This document shows positions 61,140 through 64,000 of a stretch of DNA of 64,000 nt, piece by piece. The notes under the pieces were generated by a model. It was not told the origin of the DNA. It saw only the letters and a program-made list of their open reading frames with translations, and did no database searches. The DNA is taken from positions 12,710,001-12,774,000 of the forward strand of contig CM114271.1 of assembly GCA_050084515.1 (NCBI GenBank). Direction: 5' to 3'. The stretch is from Blasia pusilla. Its lineage: Eukaryota. The position numbers and the translations under genes are program-made. Position 1 is the first letter of the stretch. Each line of letters starts with the position of its first letter.

Positions 61140-63206
61140 ATTTGGGAATGGATAATTATGTAAAACTCACTTGTGGCAGTCATCTAGCGGCCCTTCCTCA
61201 ACCAAAAATAATTTGATCGCAAGCTCCAGAGTCTTATATACCAGTGGAGGAAAATTTTCTCTCAGTGCGATTTCTTCTCCAAATTGGAACAATCTATGTT
61301 TCCAAGGATGTTAGGGTGGACAGTACGGAGGACGTTGTGGGTGAGACAGTCCAACTAGTGATAACAGACTGTAAAGTATGAAATCTCCTACCTCTAAAAA
61401 ATGGACAATACAAAGTTTATGGCTTGCCTCTTAATTCCTCTGTTTCCCAAGTACACGGTCCAAAAATTTCTAATGCACCGAGCTCTACGTTTGCCACTCC
61501 CAGCTCTATAGATCCAGCATCAACTCCAACTTCACATGTTTGTAACAATGTTATACTTCCTAAAGACATTCCGGATGTCGATAACCTCAATGGATCTATC
61601 GGAAACCAACCGTGCCCTATCTCTGCCTACTCATTCCTCTTGCGAATATCAGGCAATAGTTTGCTATCGACTCTGCCTTTAAAAATTTTAAGCACATTCT
61701 TGTCGACGAGCTGCCATCCATGTACGATGGTCAATGCATTTTTGAGTTGCCTCCACTTGCTGGTCCTGCTCAAAAGAAAGATGGAGGATGCTTGAAGGGT
61801 ATGGACAGAAGGTTTGATTGTCATTGATGGTGCAGGCTTCAACGGACTAGTGCTTCAATTCCACATGGTCCTTGGATTGTTTTCGCCGCCAATGCGTTGG
61901 AGCCCTGGAGTGTAGAAGTCGAGGCTGCCCGTATCTAGAGCACAAGGGGTGAGTCAATACGTCACAATTCCCCCCAAAGAATGCAAAAACTCCATATGAG
62001 GTTGGTGCGACCATACCGCCGGGAGGCCATCAATGTCCTCATTGTCAGGTATCCTCTTTCAGCGTTGGAGTGTGTCATGCATACGTATTTTTCATTGTGT
62101 ACGACTTTAGCTCTACGTCCGAGTAGACCAGGCTGGCAGTTCATGTTGGCTCCCATATTCATCCTATTATCAGTGCAATTCAGAGACACATCAAGGAGGA
62201 TGTGGCAAAGAAAGTGGCCGAGGTACACAGAAACTCTCCGAGATCAAAGCCCGGAGTGATCAAGTTAACAATAACATTACAAATTTGTGAACAATTGCTT
62301 GGAATCCCTGGGCAGGGCGAGATCACGGCTGTTGAGGAGAAACAACTATGGGGAAATCTTGTTGGTCCTAAATACTTACGGAACTTTCTGCGTCAAATAC
62401 GAGTACTTGATGGAAAGACGGCCAAAATGACACCATTTCCATAATCAAGGCCAACTCCAGATTTCCATTTATTTAGAGATGGCAATTCATGGGCCAAGGA
62501 GGTGAAGGATCGAGGGCTTATGTCTTCAAAATATCAACTACATGGCCGTCCAATGGCCTTGATCTATAAGATCGAGGCCACTCGACGAGGCCAAGATCGA
62601 ATGAGGGAAGGGGAAGATCTCTACGGCAGATGAGTAAGCTTTGATATTTGCTACAGAGTGCTGAATGGATGGTTGATCATGGGTGCTCACATTTACAACC
62701 ATGTGGAGAAGGGACTCAAAACTATATTTGTCTGTGAGGTAAAAGCAGAAGACGTTGGTAGTTTGAAGATGTGTTGGTTACTCTTATTGGAGGTGGTGAA
62801 GGAAAACAAAAGGCCACTTGTGGAAATTTATGGATTCATGGCGGACAATTCACAACCTAGATGGATTGCTATCAAGGAAGGGTTCTGGGGTGGAGAGGTT
62901 AAACTAGAGAGGGAAAGGTCGGATGCTTTCCATTGGCAACAGTCTATGACCCGATACACCAAATCTTCCATCAAGGAGAATAAGAGAACAAAGCATGTCA
63001 CTCTACTCCATTGCTCTCAGGACAACAAAACCTTGAAAAAGGCCATGGAGTGCCAAGAAGAACTTTATGGAAGGTGGAGGAAGCATGCAATTGAGGGGAA
63101 GTACAAAGAGTTGTGCTCTTGGCTCAGTGGGTGGACTGTACGAATGAGACATGTTGAGAATTTTTTGAAAAGCTCATGTTTCGAGCTAATGTTGAAAATT
63201 GTTTGA
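61140..63206 (+). pseudogene. GCM-like/MULE transposase, copy 2 (runs towards the window end)
   Basis: Colinear with 48870-50894: FDICYR, GFMADNSQ, ERSDAFHWQQS, ELCSWLSGWTVRMR; followed by a palindrome-rich intron-like segment. Confidence 0.72.
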
Positions 63207-64000
63207 AAAGATGTAGCTAAAGTTGAGAAGCGTGGGAACTATAGGGATTTCAAACCGTAGAAACCAAACAACCCGTCGGATACGATTGGTTGTCTAAGTG
63301 TGCAACCCGTCAAAAACGGACACGTTGCATCAAGAATGTTTGTGCAACCCGATGGAACTTGACTAGTTGCATGAGTGTCACACCCGTCGGAGCCCGACAG
63401 GATGCATGAGGAATGTTTGTGCAACCCGTCAAAACCCGACTAGTTGTATGGATGTGCAACCCATCCAAACCCGGCGGGTTGCAAGTTGCATGTATACAAG
63501 GCTTGCAAATAGTTTGATCCGCATGGGTTGCAAGCCGCAAGGCTGAGATTTAACTCGCTCCGCAGCCCATCAGAATCTGACAAGTTGCGTCTGTCTGCAA
63601 CCTGTCGGATTCTGACTAGTGCGTTTGTATCCGAATCCTCACATTTAGACAGGTTGCGGCTGTCTCCAACTCCTCGCATCTAGACACGTTGCATCAATGC
63701 AAGTTAATTGGAACCCGTCGAATTCCGACAAGTTGCAAAGCTTCGTGTGTGGACACTTCTTGCAAGCCAACGGAATCTGACAGGTTGCACAAGGATTTTT
63801 GAGACCAGACCGGCCTGCTTCTCACAACCCGTCTAATTTCAACGAATTTTAGTAGCAGGTTCCTGGGTGTTGGGTTGCAATAAGAGGTTATTGGGACATT
63901 TCAGGGATGCCTACAACTTGTAACCCGTCTAAATCCAACGGGTTGCATTAGGTGGTTCCTGGGTGCTGAAACACGTCAAAAAATGGCGGGTTGCACAATC

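Larger units (their letters stand above)
41617..63997. repeat. Dispersed/clustered 29-bp palindrome family TGCAACCCGTCGGA-N-TCCGACGGGTTGCA
   Basis: More than 50 degenerate copies by eye, clustered at ~41.6-41.85, 42.9-43.35, 44.79-45.12, 46.85-46.99, 48.33-48.6, 50.96-51.45, 55.8-56.75, 58.25-59.35, 60.5-61.0 and 63.27-64.0 kb. None noticed before 41.6 kb. Confidence 0.95.

Overview
Eukaryotic land-plant DNA, probably a bryophyte (inferred from gene content, GT-AG introns and TE types). It holds three apparently intact host genes: a single-exon membrane-anchored low-complexity protein (2465-3826 +), a 5-exon gankyrin/PSMD10-like ankyrin gene (21511-30073 -) and a single-exon U-box/ARM E3 ligase (32853-34826 -). 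The rest is mostly decayed transposons, with two unusual systems. (1) A Ty3/gypsy element (7359-14033 -) carries a recognisable C5-cytosine DNA methyltransferase domain (motifs I, IV, VI, VIII, IX, X; DNMT3-like) between protease and RT, and a PHD finger after the integrase. Its two ends are different halves of one LTR (split/permuted), it has a 4-bp TSD, and two relatives lie at 18556-19198 and 38160-40807. (2) A >22-kb complex (41.6-64 kb) is studded with dozens of copies of a 29-bp palindrome (TGCAACCCGTCGGA-N-TCCGACGGGTTGCA). It contains GCM-like-zinc/Mutator-type DDE transposase pseudogenes paired with a ParB-like + degenerate N4/N6-type methyltransferase gene, a P-element-like transposase remnant, a TA-flanked MITE and a nested solo LTR. 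Mini-Helitrons, a LINE remnant, hairpins and tandem duplications are also present. All domain calls come from reading motifs by eye; no searches were run.
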